Shown here one piece after another: positions 37,111-49,519 of a stretch of 64,000 nucleotides of DNA. Under the pieces are notes generated by a model. It saw only the letters and a program-made list of their open reading frames with translations, did not search any database and was not told where the DNA came from. Position numbers and translations under genes: made by a program. Positions within the stretch are counted from its first letter, which is position 1. Each line of letters begins with the position of its first letter. Origin of the DNA: Octopus sinensis (taxonomy: Eukaryota); the NCBI RefSeq assembly GCF_006345805.1, contig NC_043011.1, positions 52,154,464 to 52,218,463 of the forward strand, given 5' to 3'.

Positions 37111-37693
37111 TTCTCTTGTTTTTGATGTTGTACAGTTTTTGGTCATTACTCAACATCCGTGACCGCAGGTGAGGACAGGTACTAAAACCTAATTGAAGAC
37201 AGTGAGTTTGGCTGTTTTCTTTTGCCAAAATCTCCTCTTTTGAAGTTTGTGCTGTTTACAATTTCTTCTAAATATTGTTATATTTCAGGATGGTAATTTG
37301 TTTTTCTTTTACTTGCCAAATAAATACATGTGCTATATATTTGTTCTCCACTCATTCATTATTGTTCTTAATTTATCTTCTGTCCATTGTCTAAAAGACA
37401 GAATGGACTAAACAGAACAGGAGAATATACAAGGATATGCGTGACAAAAGATTTCCAGACAATGGACACAGGATAAAATAAGAACAATAAAAAAAAGTGA
37501 TAAACGAATATATAGTGTGTGTATTTATCTGGGATGAAAAAAAAAATGACCATCCCAAAATATAAACAATATCTGTTTCAACACATGGTTTCATTTCAGG
37601 AACCTCAAAGAACAAATTCATGACTATAATTCTTGTAAATAGTTTCATGAGAAGAGGAAGTGCTTGACCATTAGAAATGCTTGTGACCTTTAC

Positions 37694-37803
37694 GTTCTCT
37701 CCACATCTAGTTGGATTGATATGTTTGATGTCTAGTTTGTATATCAGTATATCAGGGTCTGTAGGATGAGAAAATAAAGATGTAGATAATTCCAGAGGTG
37801 AAG
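37694..37803 (-). other. Candidate 110-nt exon, unverified
   Basis: Acceptor ctttttactcaatgttttag, open frame SPLELSTSLFSHPTDPDILIYKLDIKHINPTRCGEN, donor aac|gtaaag. No recognised homologue. Confidence 0.25.
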
Positions 37804-37914
37804 CTAAAACATTGAGTAAAAAGGGTTGGGTTTATTATTGGTTTGAGTAGGGGCTAGGATAGACTAAAACACACTATGGATGATGAGAGAAAATAAGTTT
37901 TATTATTATTATTA

Positions 37915-38400
37915 TTGAGAGAGTGAGAGAGCAGTGCATGCCATCAAAGTGACACTGGGGTAAAATATACAAAGCCCAGTATACCCATCATGACTACCCA
38001 TCTGATAAGGGTACACTAGGCACATGCATCACAACCATATGTGTGCAACATGGTGATCTCATATCAAGATAAACAGCACATGACCTTACAGGTGGAGCCC
38101 AGTTAGAATTTTCTTCTGGTCAAGTAACCCATCCCACTCAAAAGGTCCCTGAATAAGGGTTGTTTAAGGATGTTGAACAAAACACCCATGTTTCCAGAGG
38201 GGAATTATTCAAACCCCAAAGAATCCCTCTCAACACATGGCTATGATGCTCCCCCACTACTTCTGCTCGTGATCAGAGATGCACATATCGTCAGCCACTA
38301 AGGGACATGCTCAACTGGTTAAGGTCAAACAACTAACGAGCAAATCTGTGGTATTGAGCAGAATATTTGCTGTAGCCCATCTTTTAATACCAAGGCAAAA
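37915..38400 (-). mobile_element. Unclassified ~480-bp SINE-like repeat embedded in (TAA)n
   Basis: GC-richer block flanked on both sides by (tta)n; no tRNA head visible; recalled as a common octopus repeat. Confidence 0.5.
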
Positions 38401-38402
38401 CA

Positions 38403-38437
<35 letters not shown>

Positions 38438-39934
38438 AAGGTTCTTGGTGGAGTCGATATGTAACTAGTTAGTACTGAAGAGCAGAAACTGTACTATTAG
38501 TACTACTACTACTATGTTGCAATGAAATGAAATGTTGCACTGAAACCTAAGTTAAGGTTTGGAAATTGTTGAGAAGTAAGAGAGGAAACTGTATCTTGTT
38601 TTAACATTGGTGGCGGTGGAGAATGTCTAATAGATGATTATTTGGTTTTTGAATTTGCCATAGATGATGATTATGTCAGTGATGCTGATGATGGTGATGA
38701 TGCTAATACAAATAATAATAATAATGATGATGAAGGTGACGATACTAATGATGTTAATGATGGTGATGAGCATAACAGACAAACTGCAAGTAAAGAGATA
38801 CTGAGTGGTGGTGGTGGTGGTGGTAGTGGTGGTGGTAGTGGTGGGGTGTATATTGGACAGGGTGTGGTCTAAGACTTTAAATAAAAAACTTGAAATAACT
38901 TAACTATCTTACTAATTATTGGTGGCTCTTAAAATGTCGGCATACCCCACACCCTGTCTTCCACCCTATGTTCTCCCACCCCCAACTCTCTTCACACAAC
39001 ATCCTTATTCCCTGTGCCACCCCCCCCACCCTCATCCTCCATCATTTTTTATTATTACTTCTGTTTTTCGTTATCAGAACTTAGTGACCTAAACCTTATG
39101 TTTACAGAAAGCAGTCAACCCTCAAACTTTTACTTCAGTCACTGTCTGTCTGTCTGTTTGTTATTTAATTTATTCATAGGTTATTTTTAATCATATTTAA
39201 TGAGGCCATCCTTATTTTAGATTTTTTTTCGTGTCCTATTTTATTAAATCTAATCTAAACTTCTTTTACTCTTGTTCGTTACCTAAACTTATTTAGTTCG
39301 TTTTCTCATTATCAGATTAATGTTTGAATGCTTAGTTATTTTTGTTTATAAATCTTTTTATCTTTTAAGTGTTTCAGTCATTAGACTGTGGCCATGCTGG
39401 GGCACCACCTCGAAAAATATTTAGTTGAATGAATCAACTCCTGGGCTTTTTTTTTTTGTTAAGTCTGCTACTTATCGGATCAGTTTCTTTTGCTGAACTG
39501 CTTAGCTACAGGACATAAACACACCAACATCGGTTGTAAACTGGTGGTGATGGGACAAATACACACACACACACACGACAGGCTTCTTTCAGTTTCCGTC
39601 TACCAAATCCACTCACAAGGCTTTGGTCAACCCCACACAGTGGGACTAAACCCAGACCCTTGTGGTTGGGAAGCAAGCTTTTTACTACACAGTCAGATAA
39701 TATTTTTTTTAAATTAGCTGTATCATCATCTTTGGCTTAACATCTGTTTTCCATGCTTGCATGGGTTAGATGGAACTTGTTGGGGCAGATATTCTATGGC
39801 CAGATATCTTTCTTGTCCCAACCCTCACCTGTTTCTGAGTGAGGTGATATTTCCCCCATGACCTGACATGTTTTTCCCAGAAAATTGGAAATGAGCAACT
39901 TTTGTTTACAATCATCACATGATAACAACACAAA

Positions 39935-39972
<38 letters not shown>

Positions 39973-41171
39973 GGGTTTCTTTCAGTTTCTGTCTACCAAA
40001 TCCACTCAAAATACATGTCAGCTTGTGGCTGTAGTAGAAGACACTTACTTGCCCAAGGCATCATGCAGTGAGACTGAACCAGAAACCATACAGCTGGGAA
40101 GCAAGCTTCTCATTAGACAGTAACCATGCTTAGTGTGTGAACAATAACTTTCTTTTCGGTTGTTTTTTTTTTAAAGAAAAGAAATGGTATTAAACATTTA
40201 ATTTCTATATATTACCACTAAAAGAAACTATTCAAAACCATTTTCGTTCCTTATCTCATTGAGATCAGATTGAGGGCTTTTTAGAGAAGAAACTCAAAGT
40301 TATTTAAAAAATACTTTTTTAAACTTCTCAATTTTTTGGTTTGGTTTGAAACTTCAAATTGATAAAATTAAAATGCTTTCATAAACCAAAATTGGTACGC
40401 ATTGGGAAACCAAATGGAAGAAAAAAAATGTTTTTTTAACCTTTTAACTATGAAATTAAATTACATGGTTATTCTAGAAATAGTGTTAACTATCTAAACC
40501 CAACCCCACCACCCCCAAAAAATAGAATTGGTATTTTAAGTCCTGTTGCCTTAGTAAACTTGATATATTTCAACAAAAAAATAATTTCAAATGTGACATT
40601 CCTCTATAAAAGACAGATTGGTATATAAAGCTGTTTTCCACTGTTAAGTGTAATGAAATTTTGAGTGGATATATCTGATTCCCACAGTAAATGGGTTAAG
40701 TACTTGGAAATTAAAACAGACATATTTAAAATTCAATTAAGAAAAATTGATAGGAAATTTCAGTTGATAGAATTTACAAAAAAAAAAAAAACTACCTTTT
40801 TTCCATTATTGAATTTCAATTCAGGTTTGAATTCCAAACTTTATTTTAAACTTATTTTTGTTTAAGAAAATATTTCAATTTTATTTATTTAAGATTGCTA
40901 TACTGAAGATTAGAAAGAGTATTAAAAAAAACAAAAAAAAACTCCTTGAATCAGAATTGCCATTCTTCATTTCAATAAAGTATGTACTTAAAAACCATAG
41001 ACTGCTTGAATAGTTTTACTGGAAGAAGTAGATAAGCAGACTGATATAATTAGTAGTAGAAGCTGGAGTTTAGTGAAAGCATGTCTCTTAAAGGTAGGAT
41101 AGGTGTGGATGAAAACAGTTCAGAGTGACCTTAATATCTGTGTTGGCAATGAAAAGGTTTCTCTCCTTCAT

Positions 41172-41582
41172 ATACTCTTTTACTCTTTTACTTGTTTCAG
41201 TCATTTGACTGTGGCCATGCTGGAGCACCGCCTTTAGTCGAGCAAATTGACCCCGGGACTTATTCTTTGTAAGCCCAGTACTTATTCTATCGGTCTCTTT
41301 TGCCGAACCGCTAAGTGACGGGGACGTAAACACACCAGCATCGGTTGTCAAGCAATGCTAGGGGGACAAACACAGACACGCAAACACACACACACATACA
41401 TATATATATGCATATATACGACAGGCTTCTTTCAGTTTCCGTCTACCGAATCCACTCACAAGGCATTGGTCAGCCCGGGGCTATAGTAGAAGACACTTGC
41501 CCAAGATGCCACGCAGTGGGACTGAACCCGGAAGCATGTGGTTGGTTAGCAAGCTACTTACCACACAGCCACTCCTGCGCTA
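41172..41582 (-). mobile_element. Family 2 SINE, full length, young
   Basis: Shares diagnostic bases with 27165-27580 (gacaggcttc, cccaagatgcc, ggttagcaag, gtgacgggg). Confidence 0.9.
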
Positions 41583-42477
41583 TGGTAAATTTTAAAAAGT
41601 ATGTATGAGAAGTAAGGGTATTTATTATGTAAATATCAAATATTTGGAAGGAAAGAAAAGAACCCCTATCTAATGCTATCAAGCATAGAAAAAAAAATGA
41701 AGGCAAAGTAAAAAGAATTCATGCCTTTCAGAGATTAGATAAGTTGAGTTGTGAGTTGGCTAATATATTACGAACATTTATTGAAGACAGTGAAATGACA
41801 GTATTTGTAGGCATTGACCTATATAAATATCTTTACAGTATTTATTTTTTAACCCTCCTTGTTCTGGGTTCAAATCCTGCTAGGAATGCTTCTCTTCATT
41901 TTGTGCTCCATAGAATAAGAACCCATTACAAATTTGGAGAGTGGGGACTGATTCAGTCGAAAATTCATGAGTACAAGTGGTTTTTACTAGAGGAGTTAAG
42001 AATACAAAGTAGTTGAATGTTATTGATAAATTGATTACTTTCAACAGCATTTACAGTTTTACACACATGGTAAGATTTGAACTCAAAATGCAAAGAACCA
42101 GAACAAATTCCAATTATACACTGTCTGAAATTGACCTATTTTTATATTAATCCTAATAGGATGAAAGAAAAAAAATTGACCACAGTAGAATTTGAACTCA
42201 GAGCAACTACAGTTGGAACAATTGCTGCACAACATTCTATCCCATGCTCTAACAACTCTGCCAATTCTGTGTAACATATGTCAGGTACACAGCTATTGGG
42301 AACTTATAGCTTTTATATCTTCTTTATTAGGTATTTCTAGAGGCAAAGAGGGATCCTATGTTCACAATCTGCAAGAAATAACAGAAAAATCTCTCTCATA
42401 TCACAATTTTTCAACTTGGAAAAGTAAAAAAGGAAGAGTGGTGGGCAGCAACATTGGTTTAATATAGGCAAGCATGT

Positions 42478-42692
42478 TTAACCCTTAAATATTCAGGTTA
42501 TTCTGCTAAATATAATGCTTATTTATTCACATTGTTTTGAATTAATCATACACTACGTCATAGCTTTGAAATTTTAATGATGCAATTATATATTTTTATC
42601 ATGATATTGTAGAGCAGAGATATGAGGCCAAATCTGGCCAGTCTGAGCATAAAACAGGCTGGATATAGCTGGTTTAAATGCTAAAAGATTAA
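42478..42692. mobile_element. TTAA-ended MITE family B, uninterrupted
   Basis: ttaacccttaaatattcag...aatgctaaaagattaa; related fragments at ~30660-30820 and ~60050-60180. Confidence 0.7.
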
Positions 42693-43904
42693 TGTGGAAA
42701 GCTAAAAAATAACTTTTGGTGTTAATGAATATTATTCTCAAAAAGACTAAGAGTAAGAACTCTCAATTATGTGCACTTTATCTGATGGTACCTTAAGAAA
42801 ATTTCCAGTGGAATTGAGTAATGACACCCTAGATAACATGGCATTTGAATTAAAGAATTAAACATGGTTCCAACTGCAATGACTTTGATCATGGGTTTGC
42901 TCTATCAGATTTGCCTTTGGGGCTAAGCAGCAACAACAATGAGATCTGTGTTGCCTTCAACATATTCTCTATTTTATTTCTTTATACTTCAGACGTTGTT
43001 CTTGGTGTTTGATTTCTAAAAAATGTTCTCTTTAAAAAGAAATAACGATGTTTGTGAAAATTATCTGATATCTTCACTTTGGAATTCTTTAACTGATACG
43101 GACCACAGACCAGATCTATTTTCGTTTTCTTATATGGCAATGCCTGTAAATCAATGTAAATCTATGAGAGAGAGAGAGAGAGAGAAATAGAGTTAGAAAA
43201 TGTCTTCTTATTTCCAGCTTGCTATTAATGCAAACTCTAAACTTCTTTGGCTGGTGAATTAGTTTTCAGATTGGCTTTCAGAATAGAAACTTCAAACTGT
43301 TTATTTGGGGTGTTTACATGGTTTTACATTGGTGCCTTGCACTGTGCATTGCTAGTTACATTCATAGGAAACATGAGAGACATAAGTCTTATAATTCTAT
43401 ATTCTGGTGATGATGGTATTTTCTTTGATATATATTTTGTTTCAGAAAGAAATTCAAGAAACCATGGTAAAAAAAATACCATAACAAAAAAAAAAAATTA
43501 ATAATAATAATAATAATAAATATTTTTTTGTTGTGAAAACATTTATGTCTATATCAGAAATTAATATTTAAACCCCAAGAGAAGGATACGTTACATGAAT
43601 ATTTATATCATTATTGTCATCTTAATCATCTTTGTCATCAATGAACCCATAGTGGGGATATTCCATATACACGCATGCACACACACACACACATAAGCGC
43701 GCACACACACACACACGATGTTGTTTGGTTCATGTCGTCAGATGTTAACCGTTTCATTATCCAATGTTCTGTCAACTTCTTACTGTCATAACACCTCAGT
43801 GCTCTGCAATAACTTGTATATCTACAATATATTATTTGTGTATGTCTGTATATGTATTTGTGTGTGTAATATATGTATGATGATGATGGTGTGTGTGACA
43901 CCTT

Positions 43905-44213
43905 ACTGGAACTGGTGCCAGTGGTACGTGAAAAAACATTCGAACGAGATCGTTGCCAGTGCCACTGGACTGGCTCTTGTGCAGGTGGCATGTAAAAAAC
44001 ACCATTTGAGCATGGCCATTGCTAGTGCCACCTGATTAGCCATCGTGCCGGTGGCACATAAAAGCACCCACTACATTTTCGGAGTGGTTGGCGTTAGGAA
44101 GGGCATCCAGCTGTAGAAACTCTGCCAGATCAGATTGGAGTCTGGTTCGCCAGACCTCAGTCAAATTGTCCAACTCATGCTAGCATGGGAAGCGGACGTT
44201 AAACGATGATGAT
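43905..44213 (+). mobile_element. Family 1 SINE-like copy
   Basis: Three modules, body, and tail 'gcggacgttaaacgatgatgatg'. Confidence 0.85.
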
Positions 44214-44875
44214 GGCTGTATTTCTAGCATGCTGATCACATGGGAGACTCCATCATTGGCTCATCTAAGATAGTGGGGCATATTTTTAGGGGTACATGGC
44301 TGCTATTTCTAGTGCACTTGATGACTACATAAGAGACTCCATCATTGGCTCATCTAAGATAGTGGGGCATATTTTTAGGGGTACATGGCTGCTATTTCTA
44401 GTGCACTTGATGACTACATAAGAGACTCCATCATTGGCTCATCTAAGATAGTGGGGCATATTTTTAGGGGTACATGGCTGCTATTTCTAGTGCACTTGAT
44501 GACTACATAGAGACTCCATCATTGGCTCATCTAAGATAGTGGGGCATATTTTTAGGGGTACATGGCTGCTATTTCTAGTGCACTGATGACTACATAAGAG
44601 ACTCCATCATTGGCTCATCTAAGATAGTGGGGCATATTTTTAGGGGTACATGGCTGCTATTTCTAGTGCACTTGATGACTACATAAGAGACTCCATCATT
44701 GGCTCATATAAGATAGTGGGGCATATTTTTAGGGGTACATGGCTGCTATTTCTAGTGCACTTGATGACTACATAAGAGACTCCATCATTGGCTCATCTAA
44801 GATAGTGGGGCATATTTTATGGGGTACATGGCTGCTATTTCTAGTGCACTTGATGACTACATAAGAGACTCCATC
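44212..44875. repeat. 89-bp minisatellite, about 7.5 copies
   Basis: Units start at 44212, 44296, 44385, 44474, 44562, 44650, 44739 and 44828; units 2-8 differ by only single bases. Confidence 0.95.
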
Positions 44876-45774
44876 CCTAGCTTGATAGTCTGATACTTGT
44901 GTTATGTGAAGTTGATTAATGGTAGTCAAACTTGTCTTCAGGTTTTATTGTTTATTCCTCCCCCACTTCTTTTATTCATTTACATCTGTCAGAATAAAGT
45001 TTCTGATTTCAGTGTCTGTTACTGTCTTGTATTTGTCTATAGCTAGAATCTCCATTTTCCTTCTTATCACCATTTTCATCATAGCTCCATCTGCAAGGTC
45101 ATTCTATTGGACATATGATGACTTGCTAATTACTGCCTACTAAAGATAGTATTACAAATAACCACATCATTTGTTCTTGCTAAATTTCCATTAGTCTCTC
45201 CCCACCTCTTTCTCCCTCCACATATATATATACAAACTAACACATTGTCTGACTACTTCAAACACACCAGTTATCTTTGATTGTTATCAGTTACTGCCAA
45301 TGACATTCACCTCTGCTGCTGCTGCTGCTGATGATGATGATGATGATTAAGTGAATTATAACGATAGTAGTGTTGATTATAATTAACTGAAAAAGAATGA
45401 TTGCGAGAATGATAATTTCTAATTTTGGCACAAGGCCAGCAGTCTTGAGGAAAGGCGGGAGTTGATTATATATATATCTACCCCTGCCCCAATGCTCAGC
45501 TGGTACTTATTTTATTGACACCAAAAAGATGGAAGGCAAAGTTGACCTTGGTGGAATTTGAACTCACATTTAAAGAGCTGGAAGAAATGCTGTCTGCCTG
45601 CTCCCTACTTTGATGATGATGATGATGATGATAATAATTCTTTTTAAGTATTGGCAGAAAGGAAAGGCTAAATCAATTTAATCCCAAGGCTTGACTGGTA
45701 CTTTATTTATTGACTCCCACCCTACCCCAGAGCTGCTGATGTGGTTGATGTTGGTGATTAATGATGAAGGTGAT

Positions 45775-46025
45775 AATCATCATCATCATTTAGCGTCCGC
45801 TTTCCATGCTAGCATGGGTTGGACGGTTCAACTGGGGTCTGTGAAGCCAGAAGGCTGCTTCAGGCCCAGTCTGATCTGGCAGTGTTTCTATGGCTGGATG
45901 CCCTTCCTAACGCCAACCACTCCGCGAGTGTAGTGGGTGCTTTTTACGTGCCACCCGCACAGGTGCCAGACGGAGCTGGCAAACGGCCACGAACGGATGG
46001 TGCTATTTACGTGCCACCGACACGG
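45775..46025 (-). mobile_element. Family 1 SINE-like copy
   Basis: Very similar to 35648-35900 and to the reverse complement of 900-1122. Confidence 0.85.
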
Positions 46026-46260
46026 GATATAATAATAATAATCCTTTCTACTAAAGGCACAAGGCCTGAAATTTTGTGGGAGGGGACTAGTCAATCGTAT
46101 TGACCCCAGTACACAGCTGGTACTTAATTTATCGACCCCAAAAGGATGAAAAGCAAAGTTAACCTCAGCAGAACTTGAACTCAGAACATAGCGATGGACA
46201 AAATACCGCTAAGCATTTTGCCCAACATGATGTGTGAATGAGAATGATCTGTTTATGGTT

Positions 46261-46612
46261 TTATGGGACTTTATTGTACAGACCCGACTATCAAATTCAA
46301 GCAAGGCAACCAAATCATTCTGTACAAGGTGTCAAAAGCATGCATCATCATAGATGTGGTTGTGTCTGCTGATATGAATGTAACAGTTATAGAAAAGGTA
46401 AAATAGGAAAATACCAAGACTTCACAAGGGAATTGTAAAGACTGGAGAGTTTCTACAAAAGTTATATCAATAGTTATGAGCATCTTAGGTACAATTACCA
46501 ACAAATTTCGTAGTTTCTTTAATGAGATTGGAGTGACAATGAGACTTGCATTAATACAGAAATTTCTTCTGTTTGGTACAGCAAGGATTGCTTGAAAGGA
46601 CCTTGATATATA
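46261..46612 (+). mobile_element. R4/Dong-type non-LTR retrotransposon 3' fragment (restriction-like endonuclease domain)
   Basis: Frameshifted LWDFIVQT..., KACIIIDVVVSADMNVTVIEK, KYQD, KVISIVMSILGTI, LIQKFLLFGTARI, matching the RLE pattern WDF..RPD..ID...D.N...KE.EK..KY.DL. Confidence 0.8.
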
Positions 46613-47154
46613 AGGAAACTAGCTGTGACCCAGTATCAAGACATTGATTCCAAATGTAACACATTTGTGCATACCATTCATTATCATCATTGAATGTCCA
46701 TTTTCCATGCTGGCATGGATTGGACAGTTTGACAGGAACTGGCAAGCTGGAAGGCTGTACCAAACTCCATTCATCTGTTTTGGGATGGTTTCTATGGCTG
46801 GATGCCCTTCCTAGTGCCAACCATTTTTACAGCTTGTACTGGGTGCTTTTTATGTATCACTAGTATCATTAAATAATAATAATGATAATAATAATAATTC
46901 TTTCTAATTTTGGAATGCAAAGCTAGCAATTTTGAGGGTAGAAATAAGACCTTGGTGCTAAACTGGTGCTTATTTATTGACTCCTACAAAATGAAAGACA
47001 AAGTTAATCTTAGTGGAACTTGAACCCAAGACATAAAAAAGTCAGAAGAAATGCTACTAAGCATTTTGTCCAGTGCCCTAACAATTATGACAGCTAAATA
47101 TAAGGCTAACAATTTTGAGGGGGGGCGGCTAATACCATTGGTCCCAGTACATGT

Positions 47155-47400
47155 GGAGGTGCATGGCTTAGTGGTTAGAGTGTTGAACTCATGATTGTAA
47201 GATTGTGGTTTTGATTCATTGGGTTGTTGAGCAAAACATTCCACTTCATGTTGCGCTTGTCCACTCAGCTGGTAAAATGAGTAATTCTGTGACGGATCAG
47301 CATCCCATCCAGTTGGGGTATTTGTACACCACGGAAACCAGAAAACCAGCCCTTATGAGTCGGCATGACTCGAGAAAGTAACTTTACCTAACTTTACTTT
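47155..47400 (+). mobile_element. tRNA-derived SINE, family 4b
   Basis: Head 'ggtgcatggcttagtggttagag', CORE-like remnant, 'catcccatccag...ggaaaccagaaaaccagccc'; related to 57538-57790. Confidence 0.65.
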
Positions 47401-47802
47401 AGTGCCTGGCTAGTACTTTATTTTACTGACCCTGAAAGGATGAAAGGCAAAGTTGACTTTGGCAGGATGTGAACTCAAAATGTAAAGAACTGGAACAAAT
47501 ACAACAAGGTATTTTTCTCATGTTCTAACATTTCTGACTGTTTACCACCTGTAATGGTTTGTTATTTTGGTACAAAGACAACAATTTAGTGGGGAAGTAG
47601 TCAATGCCATTGATCCCAGTACTAGATTAGTACTTTGTTTTACACACCACCCTCCACCACCCCAAAAAGGATGAAAGCTGAAATTGGATTTGGCAGGATT
47701 TCAGTTCAGAATGTAAAGAGTTGGAATGAATTAATAAAAACAATGACAACACCAGTAATTAGTAGCTTGATACATATCTGAACCTTTCACTCCAGCTCCC
47801 AC

Positions 47803-47835
<33 letters not shown>

Positions 47836-48114
47836 AATTATGTGGTCCTGAGTCACCATATTTGACTATATCCAAATATCCCATGTTAAAACTGTAGTTA
47901 ATAATTCTTCCACTGTGTATGAACTGGTACAGGAGAGATAGGTATATAGAACAAGAGCTTCTAAGAAAATTGTTTTGTATTATTGAGAGTGAAAAATGAG
48001 AATATAAGAGATTAATGGAAGTTAAATGAAAGCGAGAGGAAAAAAATCAGCTTATATGAAGGCAGTTATCTAAATCTTAAAGCTTCTTAACTTCATACAT
48101 GAACAAAAGCATCA

Positions 48115-48410
48115 TTCACACACACACACACACATGTACATATATGCATCTATCTGTCTGTCTGTCTCCTATTCATACACCCACACACATACACCTATAG
48201 AGGTATATATGCATTTATCTGTCTCTCAATCTATCTATCCCACCATTCACGCACATACACACACACATGTATACATTTATCTGTCTCCTATTCATACACC
48301 CACACACATACACCTATAGAGGTATATATGCATTTATCTGTCTGTCTATCTATCTATCCCACCATTCATGCACACACACACACACACACATGTATACATT
48401 TATCTGTCTA
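48115..48410. repeat. ~120-bp tandem duplication of a compound microsatellite block
   Basis: 'ctcctattcatacacccacacacatacacctatagaggtatatatgcatttatctgtct' repeated twice plus a partial third flank. Confidence 0.8.
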
Positions 48411-48604
48411 TTTGTTTGTCAATCAATCATTTGATATAACCATGTTATACGAACCTGAATAATTACTGTATTGTATGTTGTACATTTTATACAAGCTCAG
48501 CCAAATATTGTACTTTCTGAGTATGAAACTTGAAGTAGCTCACCCGTAACTTCTGTATTTATTATATATTTCACTTTCACTGAATTTAGTGCTTTTTTGT
48601 TTGT

Positions 48605-49075
48605 TTGTCACGTCCTTGGCCCACCTCAAAGATCAAGAGACCCCGTGTGATATCGTGGAAAATAATAGATCATCCAGGCCCATATGGGAGTGGCCGTTGC
48701 AAAATCTGCATCGTGGAGAAAGCCAAAATTCTTAATGTCTATACTAAACCTGGCATGTTAAATAGTCATAAAGAAGTTTTACTAAATGTGTCCACTTCAA
48801 GTGTTACCTACTGGAGTATTTGATCTCCCTGTTTGCTGGTTAGGCTTTTTCAGGTCTATAAGAGTTGTTTTATCCTCTGGTTCTGAGGAGACAACCTGTC
48901 CTCATTAACGTTTTTATATGTTAAGACTTAAATCTCAATTTCTGAACGTTTCCTCACATCTGTGACGTAGAAAGTTAAAATTTTTTTGTCTTTGTATAGA
49001 GTCTGACGAGCTGTCCACAAGGCTTTGGGTTTGTGGATATGAAACCTTTGGTAATTCTATGTACAAAATAAAAAT
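48605..49075 (+). mobile_element. Penelope-like element 3' fragment (GIY-YIG C-terminus plus pseudo-LTR)
   Basis: ISWKIIDHPGPYGSGRCKICIVEKAKIL...LNSHKEV matches the PLE pattern I.WKIL...PY...RC.LC..EK..IL....LN.R.E; a hammerhead follows downstream. Confidence 0.8.
48992..49066 (+). ncRNA. Type I hammerhead ribozyme motif (canonical core)
   Basis: Stem I uguauagagu/auucuaugua; CUGACGA 49003-49009; stem II uguccacaa/uuguggaua; GAAAC 49041-49045; stem III ACC-uuu-GGU; GUA 49051-49053. Confidence 0.8.
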
Positions 49076-49107
49076 TTTAATTATATATATATATTATATA
49101 TATATTA

Positions 49108-49256
49108 GTTGAAATTTATAGAAAGGGAGGTGTATGAACAACAAACAAGTGTATTAGTTTGACACTCAGGAAAAATGATAAAGTCATTTACGTTTCAAGT
49201 CTATGCTCTTCAACAGAAAGGAAGAAAGGAATAAGAGAAAATAACCCGAGAGAGAA

Positions 49257-49258
<2 letters not shown>
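49108..49258 (-). mobile_element. PLE-derived short element with CUGUUGA hammerhead-like motif
   Basis: Minus strand: cuuu CUGUUGA A GAGC-auag-ACUU GAAACGUA (49220-49186). Confidence 0.7.
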
Positions 49259-49287
<29 letters not shown>

Positions 49288-49290
49288 ATG

Positions 49291-49339
<49 letters not shown>

Positions 49340-49344
<5 letters not shown>

Positions 49345-49488
49345 AGAGTTTACGAAAAAAAACAAAGACGAAGACAGGTGGTGTACAAAACAAACAGATG
49401 TATTAGTATAACGCTCAGGAATAGAAAGTCTTTTACGTTTCGAGCCTACGTTTTTCTACAGAAAGGGACACAGAAAAAACAAGGAGAG
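49340..49488 (-). mobile_element. Second copy of the same family, tandem to the previous one
   Basis: Minus strand: cuuu CUGUAGA AAAAC-guag-GCUC GAAACGUA aaag (49465-49430). Confidence 0.7.

Positions 49489-49519
<31 letters not shown>

Noticed and set aside
44212-44875. CRISPR-like array
   Set aside because: Units are identical end to end with no unique spacers; eukaryotic context; no cas genes.
48882-48905. CUGAGGA-GAC/GUC partial hammerhead
   Set aside because: No GAAA after the helix; better explained as the hairpin tgagga/tcctca.
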